From Saccostrea cucullata (lineage: Eukaryota): a stretch of DNA of 64,000 nt. Numbering within the stretch: position 1 is the first letter of the stretch; every line of letters starts with the position of its first letter. The DNA is taken from positions 124,001 through 188,000 of the forward strand of contig NW_026926945.1 in NCBI RefSeq assembly GCF_032062105.1, written 5' to 3'. Shown in pieces: positions 11,860-24,451 of this stretch. Under the pieces are notes generated by a model. That model saw only the letters and a program-made list of their open reading frames with translations. It ran no database searches and had not been told where the DNA came from. The position numbers and the translations under genes were made by a program.

Positions 11860-13330
11860 ATAAGGTAATTGTATCGACCATAGAACTTATTAAATGAACA
11901 CTGTAAAGGAGACTGGTGATATTCGTGATGCATAAATTTGTTTTTCAATAATCTACCTCGCTTTAGGAATTGCTAATACGTAGAGCATGCTCTTGCGCAT
12001 CAACTGACGCCTTTTCTAGGAAAGTATTCAAATATGAAGCAGATTTGTCAGACTCTGTATTATCTTTTATTTCAACTTCACTGGTATACATACGTATATT
12101 GTATCGACATAAGAATGGAAATAACTATTGTTAATTGACAATGCGTCATCGATATATCTACAAATGTCGAATTGAACTTCTTTTCAAGTATAGGATTTTG
12201 AACAATTTTTGTTTCATATCAGTACAAAAATAGGTATGCTAATAACGGAGCAAAATTGTTACACATGGGAATTACAATAGATTGTTGGAAGATCTGGTCT
12301 TCAAAAGTCACATAGATATTGTATTTCAGGAACTTAAGCATGGAAGGATATGGAGATAACGAACAGTATTCAATCTCTAAGGCCATAAAACAATAGAAAA
12401 TAGGAGCAGAGCAAACACTGACCCTCGAAACACGAGAGGTGGGATCAGGTGCCATGGAGGAGTGAGCATCCCCTGCTGACCGGTCACACCCGCCGTGTGC
12501 TCCTTGTCATGATCCAAAAATAACGAAAAAATCCGTCGTCAATTCAGTGTAAAAATAATGGACTAACAGTTAGTATGAAAAACGTCAGTCAGCATTTGAC
12601 TCAATGATAAAGTCTATTTGCTGACAAGGTCATTGCATCGACCATAGAACTTACGAAATGATGACTTTAAGCGAGTGTGCTGATAACTGTTTTGTCAATA
12701 TTTTACCTTGTTTTAGAAATTGTACATACGTAGAGCATGGTTTTACGGATCGAATCAACTGAGATACATAAACTCCGTATGCATGTGACGAAGGTATATT
12801 GCTTTCATAGAGCATGGTTGTTAGATTATCATTAACGCATTTTTCAAGTAAAATATCCAAATATGAAACAGATGTGTCAGACTCTGTGGTATCTTTTATC
12901 ACAAGCTCACCAGGATGTATCGTATCGACATAAGAATGGAAATTACCATTGTTAATTGAAAAAACGCCGTCTACATATCTAAATGTCGAGTTGAAGGCCA
13001 CAGCAAGTGTTTTCGTCTTTTCATGCTTAAGATTGTGCACAAATTTTGCTTCATATAAATATAAATACATAACTAGATCTGCTTATAACGGGGTGCAGTG
13101 GGTACCCATTGGAATTCCAATAGATCGTTGGAAGACCTGGTGTCCAAAAAAAAAAACATAGATATTGTCAATCAGAAACTCAAGCATCTTTTTGATGTCG
13201 ACTTTAGAGTACTTGTGTGCACAATCAGAATATGTTTTAACAAAATAATTTAGCAAAAGACAAATGGCAAAGTAAGTAAATTTACGAGTTCCATCTTTAT
13301 TGAAAAAGCAATCGTCCATTGTACTGTTTG
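11860..13330 (-). mobile_element. Two tandem Penelope-like (Naiad-type) RT fragments with 3' module
   Basis: ORFs 13083-13352, 12651-13070 and 12219-12455 give GIPMGT, FRYVDGV, YLDILL and SNIPSSHAYGVYVSQLIR; 3' module at about 12340-12560. Confidence 0.85.
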
Positions 13331-13919
13331 TTATAGAGTATGAAATGTCCACAGCTCAATGCTAAAATAAACCAGTCATGTACGCTTTCATTCCTTAACA
13401 CTTTGTAGTCAAAATGTTTAAATAAAAACTGGTTAATCGTTATTGCAGTAGTATATGATTATTGAATAACCATCATTCTGATCGTTCAAGTTCCAGATCC
13501 GTAACACATATCGTGCGCCTTTGTATTGTTGGACAAGACAAGTGAAAAAAAATTGGACAATTTTCTACCAGAAATGGTTTTCGATCATTATGCATGTAAA
13601 TTGTACATGCAAGCAAGTGTTCCCAATGCTTTAGTACAATTCAGACCAATTAAGAGAAATTAAGCGATGGCTCTCATAAAAAGTACAAACAATACATATC
13701 TGCGTACTGGGCACAGACTCGTTCCATTGAATAAATGTAACATTAAAGTGGAGTTATGTATGGGTCTTTGGTTCTTGACAATTTTACATTTATCCAACGT
13801 CACACAGTAACTGCAGTATGTAAGTGCGGAAATATACCGCACAAACATTACGTAAAATACGTGTGAACAACACTTTCAATCAGAACTTATTGGTCATAGC
13901 TTTACACGGAGTATATGAA

Positions 13920-15520
13920 TAATTAGAATTACGCGTTCGTCCTAAGAAAACTCTTACTAAGAATTAAGGATTTGTAGCGTTCCATCTTTGAACCACTTTT
14001 CATATTTTTACCCCTAAAAGTGGGTACAAAAAGTATATAGCTACGTGCTTTTATACCACGACTGAAAGGACTGGAATAAATCCTATTATTTTGAACAAAA
14101 AAATAATTCCATCATGCAACTCAAAGGAATGCAGAGCAATATTTTTGTAACAAGCCAGGGGTTTCGTTCTGTATCTCATCACTCTCTCAATTTCACAAGT
14201 ATAAATGCAATATTGCTGTGAAAAAAAACTAACTATCATTTTGATACAATTTCAAAAGCATTATATTGTAAGACGTGAAGGACCGGACGGATTCCTAAAT
14301 AAGTATTAATCATGAACAATAAACCTAGATGATAGCTGAGATAAATATATTCATGCCATTACTTGAAATCGAAAATAATTATTTTATTAATTACTACAAT
14401 TACTACAATAGATTTTAATCGAAAGTGAAAAAAATGCTAATGTACTTAATTTCATTATATGTCATTTACCCTGCCCTAGTCTGCGGAACAGTGGTAAGAG
14501 GTAATTTTTGTTTAACATTTATATTAGGGTATTTTTGTCAATGTTATACGGATATAAAATATCTTCGTACTTCATGCTGTACCAATGCTTTGTCGTAGGA
14601 TGCGACCAATAAATAAAAGACCCTTTGAATGATTTTAATGCCTTCAGGATCAAAATCAATAGTCCAGCTATTTTGATAGGTAGAACGTCTTTTAAAAATG
14701 AAGTGTTCGTGGTAGTTATGCCAACTATTGTGTAATTCGTGTAAATATTGGTTGTTTATGTAAAAGCGATGGTGCGTCATTAGATGCGCTTCCTCTTCAA
14801 ATAATTTGATTATCTATACGTAACTTCTCTAAACTTTTCTACTTGTTAAGTTTAAATAACGAAAACAAATCTTTAGACACTTTTGACTTTTAAACTGAAA
14901 TTGACCATATACATTGTTATCAAATCATCAAGATCAGCTTTAAGACATGACGACAATTTAAATGACTTCGTACCGATTTGGCCTAGTAAGGATGTTTTTG
15001 TTCTTTATAAGACGTGAATCAGTGTTTACATTGAAGGTTTTGATAATCGAAAACAGAGAGACCAACAATTTAAATGCAGACGGTGAACTACCTTTATATG
15101 AGCATGGGTTACATGAGGACTTATGTAAGTTTTGTAATGGGGGCAAAATTATACAAGTAATATATTTTCAACCCATATCGGTTCCTTTAAAATGATATGT
15201 TTAACAGACTGTATTTTTCTGATTTTAACTTGAATCGTATTTGGATGTGGAACTTGGAATAAATTGATTGCAAACTTACTTAGTATACTGCAAAATTTCA
15301 TGTTCAAATTGAAGACGTTATTCATAAACCTAATATATACTTGTGAATGGTCACCAGCTTTAGGTCTGTACTTGATACGATAACCAAGAGAGATTATATA
15401 CAAAAATAAATAGATCCCATTTAAAGTAATATTTTGCAAATTCTAAGATCCCAACCAAAACCTTGTTTAAATGTAAAGGCCTCGTTAGGTCGTTTGTTGA
15501 CTGACCTTTTTTAAATACAA
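13920..15520 (+). repeat. Local duplication, copy B
   Basis: Uninterrupted counterpart of 7500-11560, e.g. gttccatctttgaaccacttttcatatttta and gttaggtcgtttgttgactgacc. Confidence 0.8.
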
Positions 15521-15719
15521 TTATCATGATTATTTCATCTCTAATCTTTAATAATTGCCCTTTAATAGCACCTCATCCCACCGCTGAGGTTTCAGTGATT
15601 TCTCTTCCAAACTTATATCAATTTAGCATAGTGTGTATACTTGCTTTACTTAAATTTGTAAGTTAAAAAAATTCTTGATGAGGTGCAAATTTACTAGTGA
15701 AATGATCCTTTTACACAAG

Positions 15720-16430
15720 GCTTTTTGATATCATTGACAGCTGTTTTTTTTAAAAAAGAACTTCTACTTGCAGCTATCATTGGTCATTTGCAAAATTATT
15801 TAGTTAGAAATATCAAACACAAAAACTCTACAAGAATCTGATTTTAAAAAGATGCTTGAGTTCCTGAATGACAATATCTATGTGGCTTTTGAAGAGATCT
15901 TTTTTCCCATGGGTACACAATTGTGCACCTTAGCTGCATTTTTATGTACTCATATGAAGATATTCCAAAATCTAAGACATGAAAGGATTTTATATATTTC
16001 CTATGGGTTTCAACCCGACATTTATAGATATATCTATAACACATTGTCAATTAACAATTGTTATATATTGAGATAATGAAGAGTATTAGAGTCCTGACAC
16101 ATCTGTTTCATATTTGGATATTTTACTAGAAAAAAAATGTCAAAGGTAATCTAACAACCAAGCTTTATGATAAACTTGATGACTCTAACTTTTCAATCGT
16201 TAACTTCCTTAACTTATGTAATAAATTTAACATATTCACCTGCATTCAAGGTTGTCTCTCAGTTGATGCGCAATAGCATACTCTACGTATTAGCAATTTC
16301 TAAAACGAGGTAAATCATTGACAAATAAGTTCATGCAGAACGAATATCAGCAGTCTCGTTGACAGTGATCATTTCATAAGTTCTTTGGTCGATACAATGA
16401 CCTTGTAAGAAAATGCAAATCGTTGGTACC
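15720..16430 (+). mobile_element. Penelope-like RT remnant inside the inverted segment
   Basis: MLEFLNDNIYV...PMGT and aaccaagctttatgataaac; reverse complement of 11860-12330. Confidence 0.75.
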
Positions 16431-17413
16431 TCTGTGTTTTGAAAATCTATAAACAATTTTGTATTGTTTTAATCCGACTTTGATATTGAATAGTTTGCGT
16501 AAAAAATAATTAAAAAATCCTTATTTCCTCCAATAGACACAAAATCAGAAAAAATATTGAAAGTAGGCCTTTAAGACCCCCCCCCCCCAAAAAAAAAAGA
16601 TAAGAAAAAATCAAATCAACTGGTAATTTAGGGGGCCTACTCAAAATGAAATTTAGGGTAGGGTAGAACAATATTTGAGATATATAAGATACAAAGGGAG
16701 CCAAAATGTGTTTATTATATTGCATGTAATACAAGTATCGTCGTTGGTTTTGATTCAAAGTTGTTTACATCATTTGACCCCCGGGGGCAAGCAAGCGGGA
16801 AACAACTGTGATTTACTTTTACAACTGCAAGCTAATTTTTACTTTATTTTCAATTAATTAGATTAATTGTTCTGCATCTTTATCTTGTGTAGGTCTCATT
16901 AAAAAGAGAAATTGTATCGCCACACACAGCTTGATGAGGTGCATGGAATGTCATGTTTGGACACTTGATTTGACAAGCAGTCTACTGCAGCTACTAAAGA
17001 AAAATATTATTTTATAAAATAGATTTGCAAGAATTTTTTTTTCGACAGAATCAGTCTTGCTGCTACATATGATATTATGAATTTAAAAAAACCACATTCT
17101 TTCAAATAATATATATTGAGGTAATGAACAGTATTCAAGTCATACAAATCAACAGCGGAGAAAACGCGGACCTCTAAATAAACCTTTACATTGCCTAGTA
17201 TTGACTATTTTAATAGATACAATCCTCCATAAAAATTAAAGATGAATAAACGTTGGTAATGTCTTGAAAATCTATAAACAATAAAAATCCGTGAAGAGGG
17301 CGTAATTACAGCATTATTGGGTACGTCATTACTGGTGACGTAAATGAAATTTAAAATACAATGTAATCTATTTAATGGGCGGAGATTAACCCCCTTCCCC
17401 GCAATCACGCATT

Positions 17414-17497
17414 TTAACGCATATACCATTTCCTTTTTCTAACGCAAATTAACGCATATACCATTTCCTTTTTCTAACGCAAATTAACGCATATACC
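17414..17497 (+). repeat. 35-bp tandem repeat, about 2.4 copies
   Basis: Unit ttaacgcatataccatttcctttttctaacgcaaa starts at 17414, 17449 and 17484. Confidence 0.9.
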
Positions 17498-17667
17498 GTT
17501 CCCCGCAATCACGAATTTTCACCCACTTAAAAACTTCATTTAATCATCAATTTAAAAATCCCCTAAAAAATAAGAAAAAATTATTTTCTTATTAAAAAAT
17601 ACATCATAATATTATTTACGCTAAACTTTAGAGAAACCTATACCACGCTATAAAGTGCTTGCGGGGA

Positions 17668-17740
17668 TTGATTGATTGATTGATTGGTTGTATATTGTTT
17701 GATGTCCCTCTCGAGAATTTTTCACTCATATAGAGACGCC
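17668..17740 (-). mobile_element. 5'-truncated SINE tail with 12-bp target-site duplication
   Basis: (ATTG)n tail plus gtccctctcgagaatttttcactcatat, flanked by tgcttgcgggga at 17656-17667 and 17741-17752. Confidence 0.85.
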
Positions 17741-18164
17741 TGCTTGCGGGGAAATGGTAACGTCATATTTCTATGCCGTGAAAAATAAAGTGTACATGTA
17801 TGTTGCATAACAATTCAGTAAGTTGTAAAGAGTTAAACTTGTACCTTTTAACAGGTGGCATAATTTGATGAAAATTATGAATCTTTGGAAAATTACGTTT
17901 GGCGATTGACGTAATAGAGAGAAAATTACTTTTTCAGATGGATTTTGAAATCTAGCATAAAGTGACTGAGGGGCAATAGGAAAACCATCTTTTCCTTCTC
18001 TCTTCGATAATGCCAAAGTAAAACAAGAACTATATACAAGATAACATTGTCAATCTGTACCGATTATAACAAACAAAGCAGCTAAAACACTGTGTTTTCT
18101 TCCAAGTCTCCTCATTTTAATTCTATTTTTTTCTTTAATTTAATTTTCCGTTATTTCCTTTGGC

Positions 18165-18320
18165 CGGGGAACACGGCGGGTCAACAGGGGATGCTCACTC
18201 CCCCCATGACACCTGATCCCATCCATGTTTTGGAGGTCCATGTTTGCTCTGCTCCTATGTTGTATTGATTTATGGACTTTTGAGTTTGAATACTATTCAT
18301 TTTATCCATGTTTCATTTTG
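18165..18320 (+). repeat. Penelope-like 3' module
   Basis: cacggcggg...caggggatgctcactcc...cacctgatccc. Confidence 0.8.
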
Positions 18321-20928
18321 TAGATCGGAGATTAGATTTTTCCAATGGTAAATCCAGCTAATATCCATAGATCATTTTCAAAGAGGAGAATCTTAAAAAA
18401 AGCATTTTTATTTTAAAAACATTTTAATATTCCCAACAGTTAAATTTAGTTATTTATTACCATACCCGTAATAAATTACTTTTTATATAACTCATATCAA
18501 ACAAGTTACAAAGATAAAAACTGGGTTCCAGTAAAAGTTCTTCTAAGCCTCTTTCCTTTCTTCTCACTAAGCTATTAACAGCAGTGAAGGAGGAAACTCT
18601 GAAGTATATATTAGATATTAAGTAGATCAAACGTTAATACTTACAAACATAGAGGAACAGTTCCAAAATTTCAAATCACAAAATTTTATCAAAAACTTAA
18701 ACATATAACGTCAAGCTCAAAATAGAATATTACTGAAAAAATGGACCAATAAAAAGGTTAGAAACTTGTAAAGTATAGTTATGGCCTGCAGCTTTTACCT
18801 TATATATTAAATCAGAAAAAAAAGCCTGTTAGACGTGCGTATGTTTTACAAAAATTTAAAATGTGTTTTTCCTCCAGATACTATGTCAAGCATACATATT
18901 GTCACCCTTTATTTTTCAAGACTCGGGCATTTTTCTTTTGAAGGATTAACTCAACACGCAAGCAAATGTAGGCGAAAAGTCTAATGAATAATTTTGATGT
19001 CACTTTTTGTTAAGCCTTTTTCACTCAAATTGAGACGACAAGGACATGTACACTTCAGGTACGGCCCCCGAGAAGCCAGGACTGCAATAAAAGATCTTAA
19101 TCTGTACGATTTCATTCGGAAAAACGGTATCCTAGTGTCCGTTTTACAAAAGAACTAACGGCCAAGACCACAATTTGATTAATTTTAAGTTTCTAATTTA
19201 CATTAACTGTAAACGGTTTTAGTCTTCCTGAAAGAAATGTAGTACGATAATTCCACATTGGCAATATCAAACACAATCATTAATTTTGCTTGATTTTACA
19301 AACAATTCAAGATTTAGGTTTCAATGGTAATTCTTCTGTAAAATGGACCCCAAGTCTCTTAGAAGGATTCGACAGCGTGAAGCAAAGATCAACTCTCAAG
19401 AGCAAACCCGCAAGCCACTACGCCACGGGGGTGACTTTAATAGATGAAAATTGAAAAGATAGTTCATATTCATATTAAAATATCGAAAGTCATAAAATGA
19501 ATATGAAAATTTATTACTATTACTATAAGACGGAAATTTAATATGTATTTGTTCCTGAAAGAGATTCATAAAAGTAAATTTAATTTTTAATTTTATATGA
19601 CAGAGAAATTATTCTAATAAATTGATCTTATTTAATCGTTCAATAAACTTGCAATAAAAAGATGCTAAAAAAGTTTTATTTTGAGATGATGTAAATGTTA
19701 AAAAAACCTACATAATAATCTTTAGCAAAATAAGATTAAATATTGATGAACCTTAAAATTTGCACCTTCATCAATTAAGAGCAATCCGTACTTTGGAGAC
19801 CAACAACTACTAATCAGAAGAACATGCGACACTTTGATTAATGATTTTTAAAAAAAAAAAATTAACACATATTGAGACACAAGACATGGGTTTAAGGCCT
19901 CTTCCAAACGAGCCGTCCCTGCGTCACACAGTGCATATATTGAGGGTCGGTCTTTCGCATGAGACCGTATTAAAGTACATCAAGAGTCTGGGTTTAATCT
20001 TGTAGTATAAACTGGAACCTTTAAATCTCTCTAAAAGATTTATTTATTCCTTTTAGACTCCAACTGACATCCCGTGATAGATGGAAATGAGTTTATTTAC
20101 TCTACAGAAGACTTGAATCAGGTGCTTGTATGTTACGTAACTTTAAAAGATTACGTAAATTAGAACGCATGTCAAGGAGAAACCTGCCTTTACCGTATTT
20201 CTTACACATTTCTAATTATTTTATATATCCGTTGTGTATTTTTAAGAATTATTTATATATTTACATTTATTGCAAAAAAAAAAAAAAAAAAAAACAAAAA
20301 AAAAAATTTAAAACTAAATTTTTTCATTGCATCTTTAATTTAATTGTTTTTTTTTTTTAATTGTTTACGAAGCTTTTTTCTCATGTTACTGGAAGATGAA
20401 ATTGAAGAAAATGAAATTCTTTGTAAACAGAGACTTCATCGGATATTTCTTTCCACGTAATCAATATTAATTGTAACTCTGATGCTAGCGAAAATGATTC
20501 TGTAAGAATTGTTGTTGTAATGGATAAGACCGTATGGCTGTGTTAAAACTTTTCTATCCCCTAATCATTTTCAGTTCAAGTATGCTTTTATATATATTCT
20601 GTTAATATAAAGGCAAGTTATGCATATAACTATATCTTCAAAATATTAGGTACATTTTTCATATTCTTATATACTCGGTACATGATTATGAGTTATATCA
20701 AATGTTAATAAATTCACTTTTTCATCATGAAAAGAATCGAAAATAGTTATTGGATAAAAGAAGGAAAAGATATCAAAACTACAAATATCACTCAACATTT
20801 ATTATGATACATATCAAATAAACATCAAATAAATTTCGGAATAATAAGCATAAGATAAAACAGATAAATATGAATATAACAATAAATTATATCACAGATA
20901 TGATTTCAGTATGAATAAATGCAGAGGA

Positions 20929-21588
20929 CTATTCACCAAAAGCATAGGAGAGTCGTTTTATAGCATTTTTGAATAATTCCAGCGTCCTGTAAATCTTTAT
21001 GCAAAACCGTGCACAGATTCCAATACAAAACAGAAGTCCCTTGGCATTCATTGCCTGATGTGAGTACGAATTACCCACTAGTGTCCACGAAACAAAACTG
21101 TCACAGTTATTGTGAAACACTGAGTATTGCCTCTCCCCTAGGCGTCTTTTTGCTCGTTTTACTGCTTCAGATTTTTCTTCCTCTGTCTTGGGGTAAGAGT
21201 CAGATGTTATATGATAAACACCGGAACTAAAATCTAAAGTTTCATCACTGTTCGTAACTTCTACCGATTCTTGAATGATCTCGGCAACTCCTTTTAAAAG
21301 AATTATCATGGAAATCCTTTTTGGAGCATAGTGAAGAATTGTCAGTTTGTTTTCTGTTGCATCTGTCACCAAGAAGTGGTGATTGTAGCTATAGTCAAAT
21401 GTCCACCACAGAATACAAAGAGAGCGAGGTCTGTGAATCCTGATATGGGAAGCTGGCCCTATCTCTCCACTTTGTACCAATTGTCGTATTTCAGATGCAT
21501 CCTTTAAACGTTTTTCAACGCACTTACAATCAGACTTTTTCTCTGTGAATAAAGTTTGCGTCACAAACATATTCAGCATTTTATCCAT
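20929..21588 (-). CDS. LRAT/PLAAT family protein, paralogue 2, 219 aa
   Basis: Intact ORF nearly identical to paralogue 1 over the catalytic core: YNHHFLV, TILHY, NNCDSFV. Confidence 0.9.
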   Translation of the reverse strand: MDKMLNMFVTQTLFTEKKSDCKCVEKRLKDASEIRQLVQSGEIGPASHIRIHRPRSLCILWWTFDYSYNHHFLVTDATENKLTILHYAPKRISMIILLKGVAEIIQESVEVTNSDETLDFSSGVYHITSDSYPKTEEEKSEAVKRAKRRLGERQYSVFHNNCDSFVSWTLVGNSYSHQAMNAKGLLFCIGICARFCIKIYRTLELFKNAIKRLSYAFGE

Positions 21589-21665
21589 AATTTAATCAGC
21601 ACAAAGCAACAACCTGTCACATTGCTGGAACTAAAAGAAATGGTCAACATGTAAACATGTCTTCG

Positions 21666-21725
21666 CTTTTATAGATCCCGATCTATTCTTAGAATGGTTT
21701 TCCCCTTTCTCATGGGAGGCGGGGC
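21666..21725 (-). promoter_or_regulatory. Core promoter of paralogue 2: TATA, GAS, kB, GC box
   Basis: CTATAAAAG 21666-21674, TTCTTAGAA 21686-21694, GGGGAAAACC 21696-21705 (minus), GGGAGGCGGGGC 21714-21725 (plus). Confidence 0.75.
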
Positions 21726-23331
21726 TTAATAATGAATTTGATCAATGTGGCATAAGATGTCCGTTGAAAGCAATAATACTGTATATACATGTATCAGATA
21801 AAATCGGGTTAACTTTAAAAAACACTGTGCATCACGAAGCAATTAAAGTAATTATTTATACTTTTATCTATAATAGAGCAATAATAGTTAAATTACGACC
21901 AGAAAGTGATCACGTGTAATTTTTTAAAAACATTATTTCTGTAGTAGACCAGATTTAATTGAGATTCGGGACAGTAATTTTCCACTGCGTGTAATACATC
22001 GTAGTGTGTGTTTGAGTCACAGTCTATGTAACGGGGGAATCCAAAAAAAAAACAACAAAAAAAACAATCTTCTAGAGCAGACATTGAATAAATTAACTGA
22101 ATGAGGCAGTTAAGATATGTTAAACAGATAGCAGGCTGAAAAGAGCTAGCGGCATTAATGAAATGTGAAGTAAATGGGATCAGAAGTATGATTATATACA
22201 TTTCAGAAGAAAATATACATCATTTACCATTTTCCTTTGTTGTGTCTGGTCTTTTCCGGTTTGTGTATTTATGTATGTATGCAATAGCTAATGTGTTTTA
22301 CATGTTGTGTATTAAAACTTTCCTCTGATAGCTCCATCTAACGTAGAGACTTAATGTTAAGCAAATCCTACTCTAATTAAAAAATAGTATAATATATGCT
22401 ATTATGAAATACTTATTATATACCATTATGCGTCATTATTTGAAGAGTACGAACTAACTGTTAACGACTAGAACTAACAATATTTAAACAAAATTACATC
22501 ATAAACGGATTGTCGACTTGTCAGGGATGAATTTCAAGTTTGAATTCCATTTGACAAAAAACAGAGTAATGTTTGTAAATGCTATGCAAATACCTCTATA
22601 TAAGAAACATTCAACATTATTTAATTTTTTTGAAAACAATGATAATTGACCAGGTTATATTCAGTTAATTTATTGCTAAAACATTTTTTTTATAAAATCA
22701 ATTTCAATGTACAAATATTGTAAGACTTCCCTGACCTTATTATTATAGTTCTTGCATTTGATCTTCACTTAAATTTCACCATATACTCTTAACTGAAATT
22801 ACGTTTAAAAAGCCTGACAGTTTCTTTAAAAACTAGAAGATTAATTGTGCACCTGTGAAGAATTCATTTCATTTACGTCACATGGACACAAACATTTGGC
22901 GAAATAAAGGTAAGGCTAGCAGACTGCTTTTCAACAGAAGTAAATAATTACAAAGTATGTCGGAAAAACCGTAAAGTGTCAACCACAAACAGATTTAGGT
23001 ATTACTTCTTATTGTAAAATACCATTTAATGCAAATTTGTATGCTGGTAATTAAGGTAATACTAGATCAAGGTGATAACTGAAAACGTCGTGAATAATTA
23101 TCAACCACATGTTAGAACGGATGAAACATCACTTGTAAAGGCAAAGCATCCCCTTTCACACCCGCCATGCTCCTTGTTATGATGATAAAAAGGAAAAATC
23201 GACAGTCAGGTCATAGTGTAATGCCTAGGTCACATTTCCCGGCCGGTAGCCGTAGACCGGTGGTAATCGGTGGTAATCCGTGGTGTTAACGATGCCTAAA
23301 CCTCGGTCCACATCGGCCTAGTAGTCCTTAA

Positions 23332-24451
23332 AGAATCAGTCACATTATCCAGCGATAGGTATAAAGGCCGGTTTACACTATGCATCTTGACACATGCATC
23401 TAAACACATGCTTCAATTTTGCCTCATGCATCTTCTTATTTACACTATGTGTCTTGATGCATGCATCTTTAGAATACTTTGTAAAGATGAAATTTATCTA
23501 CTTAAAAAAATAACAATACCTTCAAATTTCATTTCCAGATTTATTTTAGCTGAACAAATCATTCTTAATTTCCTTAATATGATAATTCTTGGAAGATATA
23601 ATTTATATTTAATCCAAAACAAAATTCTTCTAATATTATAATAATCAGATAAGTTTTTCTAATTGTAGTTTTAATCAGTATTTTCTGTTTTTTTGTATCT
23701 CGGGAAGCTATTTTTGAAACTATATGAAAAAAATAAGGCTCATGATTCAATATCAACTCTGACGTTTCTTTTCATTGGTCAGTTCCATGCATCTTGAAGC
23801 ACGGAATAGAACAAGTTCTATTCCATCGTTCAAGATGCAACACCCATTTAATTTGACACAAGGGGCTTTTACACTGTGAATCTTGACACATGCATCTAAG
23901 ATGCATGTGTCAAGATGCATAGTGTAAACCGGCCTTAAGATGGGCAACCAATGCGTTTTATGATAAAAATGGCGTGGTTGCCGGCCGGACTTACAAAGGC
24001 TCAGCGATGCATTGCTAATCAAAAAACGATGTTCCAGAATAATCGGCCGATGTATATTACTTCGCTCATACATTGGTGAACATCGTTCGACTACGGGCCA
24101 TTGTTTGGTTGAACATAGACCGATGATCGGCCGTTATCTGTTGAACACCACTCAACCCCCCGATGACCTCAGATTCAACGGATATTGGGCGATGCTCGGC
24201 CATACATCGGCCGATCCGTGAAAGATGTGTTAATGATGGGTTACCGATGAGGAGCTATGAGCGGCATCGTTGGAGACATCGCTGATTTTTAACTACGGAT
24301 TATTTCCTACCGATGACCCCACCGATTCGCAAAATGGCCTTAGTCACCGTCCGATCACTAATGGTGTCCGGGCGGCAACCACGCCATTTTCATCAAAAAA
24401 CGCATCGGTTTCTCATCGTATACCCCATCGCTGGATAATGTGACTGATACT
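23332..24451. mobile_element. PIF/Harbinger-like non-autonomous element (host of a nested MITE)
   Basis: TAA|AGAATCAGTCACATTATCCAGCGAT ... ATCGCTGGATAATGTGACTGATACT|TAA; the inverted repeat extends about 90 bp once the inner MITE is removed. Confidence 0.8.
23365..23935. mobile_element. PIF/Harbinger-like MITE
   Basis: Perfect 37-bp TIR AGGCCGGTTTACACTATGCATCTTGACACATGCATCT with TAA TSD at 23362-23364 and 23936-23938. Confidence 0.9.

Noticed and set aside
14544-14780. 78-aa ORF with a loose resemblance to a MACPF C-terminus
   Set aside because: The duplicate copy has stops in this frame and the differences are mostly non-synonymous; other frames fit better.
17414-17497. CRISPR-like array
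   Set aside because: Head-to-tail repeat without unique spacers, eukaryotic context, no cas genes.
17771-18115. Type II membrane protein-like start MRRLGRKHSVLAALFVIIG on the minus strand
   Set aside because: In-frame stop after 21 codons and no supporting downstream exons recognised.
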